Positions 40,058 to 49,086 of a stretch of DNA of 64,000 nt are shown piece by piece. Below the pieces are notes generated by a model. That model was not told where the DNA came from. It worked only from the letters and a program-made list of their open reading frames with translations, and did not search any database. This DNA is from an uncultured Clostridium sp. (GTDB lineage: Bacteria; Bacillota; Clostridia; TANB77; CAG-508): the NCBI GenBank assembly GCA_947061115.1, contig CAMSMU010000001.1, positions 3,361 through 67,360 on the forward strand, written 5' to 3'. A program made the position numbers and the translations under genes. Every line of letters begins with the position of its first letter. Position 1 is the first letter of the stretch.

Positions 40058-41275
40058 TTATTTTCCCCCTTTTATATAAAGTTGTAATTCTATTACTTTT
40101 GCTTTAGCTCTGCCATCTATGAATTTTAAGTTTATTTGGTCTTCTGGTTTTAAATTTTTAACTTTAGATATAACTTTGCCATCCTTTTCGGCTATATTAT
40201 ATCCTCTTGCAAGTGTTTTAATTGGACTCAATGCATCCAATTTAGAAAGTAATTCTACATATTCTGACTTTGAATTATTTATTTTTGTAATGATACTATT
40301 TTTTAATGATTTTACATTCATATCTATTAATATTGCTTTTTCATTTATTTTTTGAAGAGGATCTTTAAATGCTCTTCTAGTCATACATTTTTCATATCTT
40401 ATTTTCATTATTTCTAATTTTCTCTTAAGCGATACTTTGTATCTATTTTGATATGTATATATTGTATATTTTATATCTTCAATATTTGGAACTGTTAGTT
40501 CTGCAGCAGCTGATGGTGTTGGTGCTCTCAAATCTGCTACAAAATCTGCAATTGTAAAATCTGTTTCATGTCCAACTGCTGAAACTATAGGTAGGTTAGA
40601 ATTATATATTGCTCTTGCAACTATTTCTTCATTAAATGGCCATAAGTCTTCTAATGATCCTCCTCCTCTACCTATAATTATTACATCTGCTAATTTTTCT
40701 TTATTCATTTTTTCAATTGCAAATGCAATTTTTTCTGCTGCTCCTTCTCCTTGAACTGGTACTGGAAGAAGTCTAATATGTACATTAGGATTTCTTCTTT
40801 GTCCTACATTTATAATATCTCTAATAACAGCTCCTGTAGATGAAGTAAGTACACCTATTGTTTTTGGAAAAATGGGAATAGGCTTTTTGTATTTTGCATC
40901 AAATAGTCCTTCTTTTTCTAACTTCTCTTTTAACTTTTGATATTCTTCATAAAGACTTCCTATACCATCTTCTTTCATTGCCTGGCAATAAATTTGATAT
41001 ACTCCGTCTCTTTCAAATACTCCTACTTTTCCTAAAACAATTACTTTCCTTCCATCTTTTGGCATAAAATTTAAATGTGGAGTATAACTTTTAAACATGA
41101 TGCATTTTATGAGTGAATTCTCATCTTTTAATGTAAAATACATATGACCTGTATAATGAAGTTTAAAATTTGATATTTCACCTTTTACATATACACTATT
41201 TAAAAAGTCATCTCCATCTAATTTTTGTTTTATATATTGGTTTAATTCTTGAACAGTTATTGGTTTTATATCCAT
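40058..41275 (-). CDS. xseA: exodeoxyribonuclease VII large subunit
   Basis: N-terminal OB fold (VKGEISNFKLHYTGHMYFTLKD), catalytic core (IGRGGGSLEDLWPFNEE); 405 aa. Confidence 0.9.
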   Translation of the reverse strand: MDIKPITVQELNQYIKQKLDGDDFLNSVYVKGEISNFKLHYTGHMYFTLKDENSLIKCIMFKSYTPHLNFMPKDGRKVIVLGKVGVFERDGVYQIYCQAMKEDGIGSLYEEYQKLKEKLEKEGLFDAKYKKPIPIFPKTIGVLTSSTGAVIRDIINVGQRRNPNVHIRLLPVPVQGEGAAEKIAFAIEKMNKEKLADVIIIGRGGGSLEDLWPFNEEIVARAIYNSNLPIVSAVGHETDFTIADFVADLRAPTPSAAAELTVPNIEDIKYTIYTYQNRYKVSLKRKLEIMKIRYEKCMTRRAFKDPLQKINEKAILIDMNVKSLKNSIITKINNSKSEYVELLSKLDALSPIKTLARGYNIAEKDGKVISKVKNLKPEDQINLKFIDGRAKAKVIELQLYIKGGK

Positions 41276-41294
41276 TTATAGATCCTTTCAAGTT

Positions 41295-41705
41295 TTATAG
41301 TCCACTTTTCTTAACAACACTTGCTAAAACACCATTTACAAATGCTTTTGAATTATCATCTCCATATTTTTTTGATAATTCAACAACTTCGTTTATAACT
41401 ACTTTATATGGCAATTTTGAATATAGTATTTCATAAATTCCTAATTTAAGTAATGCTAAATCAATCTTTGATATTCTTTTAATATCCCAATCTGATTTTA
41501 TATTTTCTGATACCATATTTTCAATCTTCTCATTCTCTGCACTTGTACCATTAATTATATCTTCTATATATTTAATAGCTTCTTTGTCCGTTATGTTATT
41601 ATCTTCTATATATACTTCTATTTGCTCTTTTATATCTTTATCTGACATTAATTGAAGACTATATAATAGTTTAAAAGCTTCTTCTCTTGCCTCTGTTCTT
41701 TTCAT
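41295..41705 (-). CDS. nusB: transcription antitermination factor NusB
   Basis: 136 aa, REEAFKLLYSLQL pattern, upstream of xseA as in the Bacillus/Clostridium synteny. Confidence 0.85.
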   Translation of the reverse strand: MKRTEAREEAFKLLYSLQLMSDKDIKEQIEVYIEDNNITDKEAIKYIEDIINGTSAENEKIENMVSENIKSDWDIKRISKIDLALLKLGIYEILYSKLPYKVVINEVVELSKKYGDDNSKAFVNGVLASVVKKSGL

Positions 41706-41718
41706 TTTTTACACCCTT

Positions 41719-41952
41719 TTACATTTTATCTATTATTTTTTTTAACTTTTCTTTAACTTTATCTTTATTGTGTTGAAAGTAATTTCCTAACCATATTCCA
41801 ATTACTATAAGAACTATACATATAATAAGCCTATATAGACCTGTACAAGCTATTATTAAAGCTATAATGCCTCCTAATATACCTCCCCAATAATTTGTTA
41901 AGAATTTTTTGAAATCGTCCATTTTTGCACCTCCATTAATCTTCTGACTCAT
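41719..41952 (-). CDS. DUF2273 small membrane protein
   Basis: 77 aa, FLTNYWGGILGGIIALII; member of the Asp23 operon. Confidence 0.65.
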   Translation of the reverse strand: MSQKINGGAKMDDFKKFLTNYWGGILGGIIALIIACTGLYRLIICIVLIVIGIWLGNYFQHNKDKVKEKLKKIIDKM

Positions 41953-42520
41953 TGTTTTTTACTGTTTCTTTATCTGAAATATTTTCCACATCTTTTACCT
42001 TAATGTTAATTTCTTTTATTTCTAAATCAGTAGCTTTTTTCACAGATGTTTTTATGCTATCTTGTAATTTAGTAGATACATTTTTTATAACTGCACCTTT
42101 TAATACATTTATTGATAAATTTACACACACATCGTTATTACTATCTATTTCTACATCAGATGTTGCATCTTCTATTTCTTTAGATTCTTCTACTACACTA
42201 GCTACTAAATTTTTTATTGTTCCTTTTGTTATTAGCAATTTTCCATTTTCATTTTGTAGTAATATTCCTTCATCATCATCTGATGAATTTCTATGTTTTT
42301 CCCAACTTGGAAAAAATAAACATTTTATTGCTAAGAATATTAATACTGCTAAAACTATTGTCATAATATATACACCATTTTGAGTACTGTATATTGTATT
42401 TAGTGCCACTACTATTACAGATATATCTACCCAACCAAATGATATTAAACAAATTAAAATTGAAAAAATTAATACGATAAGCGAAAATACAGCTAGTCCT
42501 AATTTATCTAAAAATTTCAT
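41936..42520 (-). CDS. amaP: alkaline shock response membrane anchor protein AmaP
   Basis: N-terminal TMs plus an Asp23-like extracytoplasmic domain; adjacent to asp23. Confidence 0.65.
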   Translation of the reverse strand: MKFLDKLGLAVFSLIVLIFSILICLISFGWVDISVIVVALNTIYSTQNGVYIMTIVLAVLIFLAIKCLFFPSWEKHRNSSDDDEGILLQNENGKLLITKGTIKNLVASVVEESKEIEDATSDVEIDSNNDVCVNLSINVLKGAVIKNVSTKLQDSIKTSVKKATDLEIKEINIKVKDVENISDKETVKNNESED

Positions 42521-42590
42521 ATACTACCTCCTATTTTTATATAATAGAAAGTTCAAATAAAGAACTTTCTTACTTATATAAAATTAAAAT

Positions 42591-43058
42591 TTATTTCTTT
42601 TTAGTTTCTTTTTTTGTTTCCTTTACTGTTTCTTCTTTTTCCTCTTTTTTGTTTTCTTCTTTTTCTTCATCATGTACTGTACTTACACCTTGTACATGTA
42701 CATTTACTTCTAATACATTAAGACCTGTCATATTTTCTACAGATTTTTTAACTCTCTTTTGGATCTCGAAAGCTACATCTGGAATTCTTGCACCATATTC
42801 TACTATTATATTTACATCTATCTTAGCTTCTTTATTGTCTAATATCTCAACTTTTATTCCTTTTGCTAAGTTCTTTTTTCCACTTAAAACTTCAGAAATT
42901 CCACCAGCAAATCCACCAGCCATTTCTGATACTCCTAATACTTCTGATGCTGCCATACCTGCTATAACAGCTACAACATCGTTTGATATTTCTATATTGT
43001 TTTCTCCCTCATTTATTATTACTTCGTCTTTTTTATTCTGCTTTTTTTCTTCTCCCAT
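42591..43058 (-). CDS. Asp23/Gls24 family envelope stress protein
   Basis: ISNDVVAVIAGMAASEVLGVSEMAGG and EVNVHVQGV motifs. Confidence 0.85.
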   Translation of the reverse strand: MGEEKKQNKKDEVIINEGENNIEISNDVVAVIAGMAASEVLGVSEMAGGFAGGISEVLSGKKNLAKGIKVEILDNKEAKIDVNIIVEYGARIPDVAFEIQKRVKKSVENMTGLNVLEVNVHVQGVSTVHDEEKEENKKEEKEETVKETKKETKKK

Positions 43059-43173
43059 AATATACCTCCTATAATTTATAGATATTCTAAGTATATCAAT
43101 ATATGCTTAAATTTACAATAGTTTATGAATAAATTTAAGCTATTTTTTTAGTTTTTATTACTACTAAACCATT

Positions 43174-43222
43174 AATAAAAATCGTTTTAACATTATTTAT
43201 AATTTGTTAAACGATTTTTTAT
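43174..43222 (-). terminator. rho-independent terminator after the 43246..43458 gene
   Basis: AAAAATCGTTTTAACA..TGTTAAACGATTTTTT, a ~14-bp stem, followed by a T-run on the minus strand. Confidence 0.55.
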
Positions 43223-43245
43223 AAATTATATTTTTAAAATTAGTC

Positions 43246-43458
43246 CTACTTTATATATAGTGCAGGGCGAAATCCAAGATCTGTAGAAGTATTAGTTAAC
43301 GGACCAGATCCACGGTAACATGTAGGACGGTTTGAGCTATTTCCTACTAAAATTAATAGCACAATTATTGTTACTACTAATGCTACAAGTGTTATTCCGT
43401 TATGAGTACTAAACTCGTCCTTACAAGCGTTTTTCATATTTCTTACATCTTTTACCAT
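43246..43458 (-). CDS. short prepilin-like protein (70 aa)
   Basis: MVKDVRNMKNACKDEFSTHNG|ITLVALVVTIIVLLILVG, then a short tail whose codon usage is unusually GC-rich (CGT, CCG, CGC). Confidence 0.45.
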   Translation of the reverse strand: MVKDVRNMKNACKDEFSTHNGITLVALVVTIIVLLILVGNSSNRPTCYRGSGPLTNTSTDLGFRPALYIK

Positions 43459-43599
43459 CTATTTCATTCTCCTTTGTTTTTGCAATTATTATTAGTTGCT
43501 ATTTTAAATTTGTTTTTATTATTATTTCTATTATTAAGTTTATTATTCTTTTGTTTAATATTATCTTTTTTCGGGCGATTTATAATCTCCCCTAAGAGC

Positions 43600-43745
43600 T
43601 TTTATGATCTGATTTTTACGCAAAAAACTATGTCTTTTACATTCTTCTAATAAGACATAGTTTGCTATGTTTATGTAATTTTATTTCATTGAACCTTACG
43701 ATATATATACATCCTCAATGCTTTTCTTCATTTTTATATTTCCTT
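43600..43745 (-). promoter_or_regulatory. repeated leader element, copy 3 (degenerate): (TA)4, leader ORF 43696..43731, hairpin with compensatory stem changes
   Basis: RBS AAAAGGAAAT..ATG gives MKKSIEDVYIS. The hairpin AACTATGTCTT-ATTAGAAGAATGTA-AAGACATAGTT followed by TTTTTGCG sits at the same place as in copies 1 and 2 but has a different stem sequence. Confidence 0.45.
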
Positions 43746-43755
43746 TTATTTTTAT

Positions 43756-43833
43756 TTATATATTAGCTAATATTAATAACACTATTATTATCACAACCAG
43801 TGTTACTAAAGTTATTCCCTTTTCTCTTTTCAT
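43756..43833 (-). pseudogene. mini-ORF remnant holding only the prepilin-like leader and helix (25 aa)
   Basis: RBS GGAGAG then ATG: MKREKG|ITLVTLVVIIIVLLILANI, then a stop. Confidence 0.4.
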
Positions 43834-44013
43834 ATGTTCTCTCCTAAAATTTGAATTTACTTTTTCTTAATTATATTACAAGAATTTATTTACATCAATA
43901 CTAATCTAAATTCCCTGTACTATCAAATGAATAAAACACTAAAAACTGCATATGCACAGTTTTTTCATTTGTTTTTATATTTTTAATATTATACCTGTTC
44001 AAATATAATTTTT

Positions 44014-45276
44014 CTAGTTTTTTACAAATATATAATTCCGCCTAAAACCAATTCGTTTAAAACTTTCTTTTGAAGTGGTAATATTGGATGCTAAACGAAA
44101 GCATGGCCAATTAATATTCAGATAATTTCCTCCTCTAGATATAAAAGGGTTATCTTTAGTATAGCCTTCTGTACTCCATTCTGATACATTTCCTGCCATA
44201 TCATATATATTACATCTTACATCTTTATTTGTTCCATCACTAGATTGTCCTGTTTTTGCAAGTGAATATTGTAATTTATTTTGTTTTGAATACTCTTTAT
44301 CTCCACTAAATTCTTGAATAAATACTATTGCTGTATCCCATGAATAGCTATTTATTAAATCGCTTGTATATTTTTCATTTTGATTACTATATAAATTTCT
44401 CATTAATGTAGCTGCATTTGTCTGATATATGCAATTATATGCTATTTTATTCTCTTTAAAAACTGGTGTAGTACTCTGGCTTGATCCATCAACTCTATCA
44501 TTTGTAGCTGTTGGATCTCCTGCTTCATATCTGGCAATATAATATCCTCCATTATTTTTTACACTTTCTTTAAATGCATTTATATCTTTTGCTATTGTAT
44601 TTCCAAATTTGCTTATTACATGTTCTTCTGCTGTTTCTTCTTTATGATTCCCACTAAATTCACTTATTGATCCATTGCTACCAAAATCATATCTTCCAAG
44701 ATATATTGTATGCTCTATTCCATTACTATCTTTTATTGTATTCGCTTTTTCATCATCTACATGAGAAACTGGTATCCATACATATTGATTTCCTTTACTT
44801 GTTGCATTATTTGCTATTACATCTTCTATTATTATTCCTTTTGTTACATCTTCTTCAGGATTTAGAACCTTGAATCCTGCTGGTATTACTATTTTATTTC
44901 TATTTTTATCTGTTGTTTGTATATTTTTTGTTTCATTTACTGTTATTTCCTTTAACGGATTAATATTATCATCTTTAGGATTTTCTTCATTGTTTCCTGA
45001 ATTTTCACTATGAGTTTCATTTCTTAATTTTTGCATTTGACTCGCTAATTTTGAAAGTTCTCCTTCCTCTTCTTCTGTAGCTTTTTTCCAATCATTCACT
45101 GCTTCTTTTGTTTCACTTAGTACCCCTCCATCTTTCATTGATAAATTAATTGCTACTCCTGCTAATATTAAAAGTACTATTATTGTTACTACCAATATCA
45201 TTAAAGTTATACCTTGTTGATTAGTGATGTTTATTTCTACTTTTTTTATTCTTCTTTTCAACTTGTTTTTTATCAT
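44014..45276 (-). CDS. prepilin-like protein with C-terminal FGE-sulfatase-like domain, paralog of 20554..21765
   Basis: NQQG|ITLMILVVTIIVLLILAGVAI, and YDMAGNVSEWSTE..RGGNY in the C-terminal domain; 420 aa. Confidence 0.6.
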   Translation of the reverse strand: MIKNKLKRRIKKVEINITNQQGITLMILVVTIIVLLILAGVAINLSMKDGGVLSETKEAVNDWKKATEEEEGELSKLASQMQKLRNETHSENSGNNEENPKDDNINPLKEITVNETKNIQTTDKNRNKIVIPAGFKVLNPEEDVTKGIIIEDVIANNATSKGNQYVWIPVSHVDDEKANTIKDSNGIEHTIYLGRYDFGSNGSISEFSGNHKEETAEEHVISKFGNTIAKDINAFKESVKNNGGYYIARYEAGDPTATNDRVDGSSQSTTPVFKENKIAYNCIYQTNAATLMRNLYSNQNEKYTSDLINSYSWDTAIVFIQEFSGDKEYSKQNKLQYSLAKTGQSSDGTNKDVRCNIYDMAGNVSEWSTEGYTKDNPFISRGGNYLNINWPCFRLASNITTSKESFKRIGFRRNYIFVKN

Positions 45277-45339
45277 TATATTTCTCCTATTTTTTATTAA
45301 CTATATATGTAATTTTCCTATACTATATTTATCTTAAAA

Positions 45340-45480
45340 TAAACAAAAACTATATATTTTAGATTCTCCTAAAATACATAGCTTTTTTCCTATGTTTACG
45401 TAACTTTATTTCATTAAACCTTACGATATATATATATATATATACAGTATCAAGTGTTTTAGCGTTTTTTATTTATTTTT
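45340..45480 (-). promoter_or_regulatory. repeated leader element, copy 4: (TA)8, promoter TGATAAAAT; leader ATG mutated to ATA; hairpin rearranged
   Basis: The minus strand reads ..GGTATGATAAAATAAATAAAAATAACTAAAAGGAAAAAATAAATAAAAAACGCTAAAACACTTGATACTG(TA)8TCGTAAGG.., with inverted repeats CATAG/CTATG and ATTTTAG/CTAAAAT. Confidence 0.45.
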
Positions 45481-45607
45481 TCCTTTTAGTTATTTTTATT
45501 TATTTTATCATACCTTTTATGTTTTTTCTATTATTTTTTTTAATTATGGCGACTGATAGTCGCCCCTACAATTATTAATTTTTACATTTAATTTGTTTTA
45601 TTATGAG

Positions 45608-47671
45608 CTATATAGTTAATTCTGCTTTTGATGTAAATTTTTCTCTTACTAACGTCTGTAATGGTTTATTTTCTTCTTTTTCTAGTTTTGGATCTTTATT
45701 TATTATATTAATTGCTAATGCTTGTACTTGTTTTAATTCTTCCATATCTTGAAATAAATTTGCTATTTTAAATTCAGGTATTCCATGTTGTTTTGTTCCA
45801 AAAAATTCTCCTGATCCTCTTAATTTCAAATCTTTTTCTGCAATAATAAATCCATTATCTGTTTTGGTCATTGTTTCCATTCTTTCTCTAATGATGTCAT
45901 TTCCTCCATTATATTTTAGTATACAATATGATTTATATTCTCCTCTTCCTACTCTACCTCTTAGTTGGTGAAGCTGTGCTAGTCCAAATCTTTCTGCATT
46001 TTCTATTACCATAGTACTTGCATTTGGAACATCAACACCTACTTCTATTACTGTTGTAGATATTAATATGTCTATATTTCCTGATTTGAAGTTATCCATT
46101 ATTTTGTCTTTTTCTTTTGGTTTCATTTTTCCATGTAAATATTCTACTTTATAATTTTTAAATATTTCATTTTTATATTTTTCATAGATTTCTGTTACTG
46201 CTTTTAAATTTGATGCTCCTTCTTCTTCACTTTCATCCACAAGTGGACATACTATATATGCTTGTCTACCACTTTCTATTTCTTGCTTAACAAATTCATT
46301 TACTCTTTCTTCATATCTTCTACTTACTGCAAATGTTTCTACTTTTTTTCTATTTGGTGGTAATTCATCTATTATTGAAATATCTAGATCACCATATAGT
46401 ATTAATGCTAAAGTTCTAGGTATTGGTGTTGCAGTCATTACAAGTACATCTGGATTGTTTCCTTTTGCTACTATTTTTGATCTTTGTTTTACTCCAAATC
46501 TATGTTGTTCATCTGTTACTACAAATCCTAAATTTTTAAATATAACATTTTCTTCTAATAATGCATGTGTTCCTATTAATATATCTATTTCTCCATTTTC
46601 TACTTTTTGTAGTACTTCTTTTTTGTTTTTTGCTGTCATTCCTCCTACTAATAAATCACATTTTATATTATATTTTTCCAATGTTTTTGAAAAGTTTTGC
46701 AAATGTTGTTTTGCAAGAATCATTGTTGGTGCTAAAACTGCCACTTGATATCCACTTTTTACTGCTTTATATGCTGCTATTATTGATACTATTGTCTTGC
46801 CTGCACCTACATCTCCTTGTAAAAGCCTATTCATTGGTTTTTCTATTTCCATATCTTTATCTATTTCTTCAAGTACATTTAATTGAGCTTTTGTTAATTT
46901 AAATGGTAAATCATTTATTACATCTGACATTTTTATATCTTTACTATATTTTATTCCCTTTATTTCTTCATCGTTTTCAGCTCTTAATTTAAGTAATCCT
47001 AATTGCATTGATAAAAGTTCGTCAAATACTAACCTTTTTCTTGATTTTTGAAAATCTGTAAAAGTTTTTGGAAAATGTATATTTTGTGTTGCAGTGTTAA
47101 TGTCTAATAAATTGTATTCATTTAGTATATACTCTGGTAATGTTTCTGTTAAAATATTTTTTGTTATATTTATTCCATTTTCCATTATAGCTCTTATTGT
47201 ATTTTGTGATAAAGAATATGTAAGTGGATAAAGAGGTATAATTTTTCCTGTATTTTTTGTTTTTTCAATTGAATCATATGTTGGACTATTTAATTCTATT
47301 GTTCCACCTTTTTTTGTTACTTTTCCATAAAATCTATATGTCTGCCCTCTTTTAATATTATCTTTTACATATGGTTGATTAAACCATGTTATTATACAGT
47401 CTCCTGTATAATCATTTACTATAAGTTTTTCAAAACTTCTATTTCTATTTATGTATCTAATGTTAACATCTGTTAAGGCTGTTCCTTCAATGGTATATTT
47501 TTCCCCATCTTGCATATTTTTTATTTTTGTTATTATGCTTCTATCTTCGTAATCTCTTGGATAATATGTTATTAAATCTTTTAATGTATATATACCTAAC
47601 TTATTTAATAGTTTTACCTTTTGTGGTCCTACACCTTTTACATATTTAACATCTTGATTTAAATTTACCAT
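45608..47671 (-). CDS. recG: ATP-dependent DNA helicase RecG
   Basis: Wedge domain, helicase motifs GDVGAGKT, DEQHRFG and QLRGRVGRG; 687 aa. Confidence 0.9.
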   Translation of the reverse strand: MVNLNQDVKYVKGVGPQKVKLLNKLGIYTLKDLITYYPRDYEDRSIITKIKNMQDGEKYTIEGTALTDVNIRYINRNRSFEKLIVNDYTGDCIITWFNQPYVKDNIKRGQTYRFYGKVTKKGGTIELNSPTYDSIEKTKNTGKIIPLYPLTYSLSQNTIRAIMENGINITKNILTETLPEYILNEYNLLDINTATQNIHFPKTFTDFQKSRKRLVFDELLSMQLGLLKLRAENDEEIKGIKYSKDIKMSDVINDLPFKLTKAQLNVLEEIDKDMEIEKPMNRLLQGDVGAGKTIVSIIAAYKAVKSGYQVAVLAPTMILAKQHLQNFSKTLEKYNIKCDLLVGGMTAKNKKEVLQKVENGEIDILIGTHALLEENVIFKNLGFVVTDEQHRFGVKQRSKIVAKGNNPDVLVMTATPIPRTLALILYGDLDISIIDELPPNRKKVETFAVSRRYEERVNEFVKQEIESGRQAYIVCPLVDESEEEGASNLKAVTEIYEKYKNEIFKNYKVEYLHGKMKPKEKDKIMDNFKSGNIDILISTTVIEVGVDVPNASTMVIENAERFGLAQLHQLRGRVGRGEYKSYCILKYNGGNDIIRERMETMTKTDNGFIIAEKDLKLRGSGEFFGTKQHGIPEFKIANLFQDMEELKQVQALAINIINKDPKLEKEENKPLQTLVREKFTSKAELTI

Positions 47672-47714
47672 TTTTTCCTCTTTCTTATTTTGATATAACT
47701 GACTTATCTCTTTT

Positions 47715-47810
47715 AAATAATTATTTCAAAATTATATAATTTCGACTTTTTTCCTTCTGTACTTTTGTCGAAAATTCCGACAGAAGTTTTTTCTTGAAGC
47801 TCCCCTCTTT
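47715..47810 (+). promoter_or_regulatory. candidate promoter plus overlapping alternative hairpins and a T-run in the asd leader
   Basis: TTAAAT-16-TATAAT, then AATTTCGAC..GTCGAAAATT overlapping CTTCTGT..ACAGAAG followed by TTTTTT. This lies ~200 nt upstream of the asd ATG. Confidence 0.25.
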
Positions 47811-48007
47811 AAAGATATTATTAATATGTTCTCTTATTGAATATTTGTAGAACTGTTGTTTGTATTCTATATTATATTTATCCACTTGTCAATCCTTTCT
47901 TTAATTTTATCAAACTTGCAGTTTTTTATCACTTATCATATAATTGGAACATATAATATATATGATTATATTGTTATATAATTAATACTCTATAAAAGAG
48001 GTGTTTT

Positions 48008-49045
48008 ATGAAAAAATATAAATTAGCATTAGTTGGTGCAACTGGTGTTGTTGGTAGAATGGCAATTCAGGTTTTGGAAGAAAAAAACTTGCCAATAAGT
48101 GAATATGTATTCTTTTCTTCTAGAAGATCTGCTGGTCAAAAACTAAATTTTAAGAATAAAGAATATGTAGTTAGAGAGCTTACCGAAAATTCATTTGACG
48201 AAGGTTTTGATTTTGCTATATTTTCTGCTGGTGGAGATACTTCTAAAAAATATTCACCTATTGCTGCAAAACATAATTGTATAGTGGTAGATAATAGCAG
48301 TGCCTTTCGTATGGATGAAAATGTTCCATTGATAGTTCCAGAAGTAAATTTTGATGATGTAAAAAAACATAAAGGTATTATTGCTAATCCTAATTGTTCT
48401 ACTATTCAAGCTGTTGTTCCTTTAAAACCTTTAGATGATAAATATATTATTAAAAGAATTGTTTATTCTACTTATCAGGCTGTTTCTGGTGCTGGTAGAG
48501 ATGGTATCTATGATTTAGAAAATGGCATCAAAAACTTTAAGGAAGGAAAAGATATTAATATTGCATATACTAATACATATGATTTAAAAAAATTTCCATA
48601 TCCTATATTTAACAATTGTCTTCCACATATTGATGTGTTTTTAGATAATGGATATACAAAAGAAGAAATGAAAATGATTAATGAAACTAGAAAAATACTA
48701 AATAAGCCTAATCTTCCTATTACTGCAACTACAGTTAGAGTTCCTGTTATTAATTCTCACAGTGAAAGTATAAATTTAGAATTTGAAAATGATTTTGATT
48801 TTGATGAAGTTAAAAATTTATTAAAGAATTCTCCTGGAGTTATTGTTGTAGACGATATTTCTTCTAACAAATATCCTATTGCTACAAATGCTTCAGGTCA
48901 TGACGAAGTTTTTGTTGGAAGAATTAGAAGAGATGAAAGTGTTAAATATGGATTAAATTTGTGGGTAGTAGCTGATAATATTAGAAAAGGTGCTGCTAGT
49001 AATGCAATTCAAATTGTTGAAAAAATGATATTACAAGGTAAATAA
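48008..49045 (+). CDS. asd: aspartate-semialdehyde dehydrogenase
   Basis: N-terminal NAD-binding VGATGVVGR, catalytic Cys in IANPNCSTI, His in AHDEVF-like region; 345 aa. Confidence 0.9.
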   Translation: MKKYKLALVGATGVVGRMAIQVLEEKNLPISEYVFFSSRRSAGQKLNFKNKEYVVRELTENSFDEGFDFAIFSAGGDTSKKYSPIAAKHNCIVVDNSSAFRMDENVPLIVPEVNFDDVKKHKGIIANPNCSTIQAVVPLKPLDDKYIIKRIVYSTYQAVSGAGRDGIYDLENGIKNFKEGKDINIAYTNTYDLKKFPYPIFNNCLPHIDVFLDNGYTKEEMKMINETRKILNKPNLPITATTVRVPVINSHSESINLEFENDFDFDEVKNLLKNSPGVIVVDDISSNKYPIATNASGHDEVFVGRIRRDESVKYGLNLWVVADNIRKGAASNAIQIVEKMILQGK

Positions 49046-49072
49046 AAGGGGCGATTAATCGCCCTTTTTTCT
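49045..49072. terminator. bidirectional rho-independent terminator
   Basis: GGGGCGATTAATCGCCC followed by TTTTTT. Confidence 0.75.
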
Positions 49073-49086
49073 AGCATTCTTATGTA

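Noticed and set aside
22040-45480. The repeated ~170-190 bp elements as a CRISPR array or an IS element
   Set aside because: There are only four copies, spaced 1 to 20 kb apart, with no regular repeat-spacer periodicity and no cas or transposase genes. Each copy sits in the 5' leader of a homologous gene, which fits a duplicated regulatory leader.
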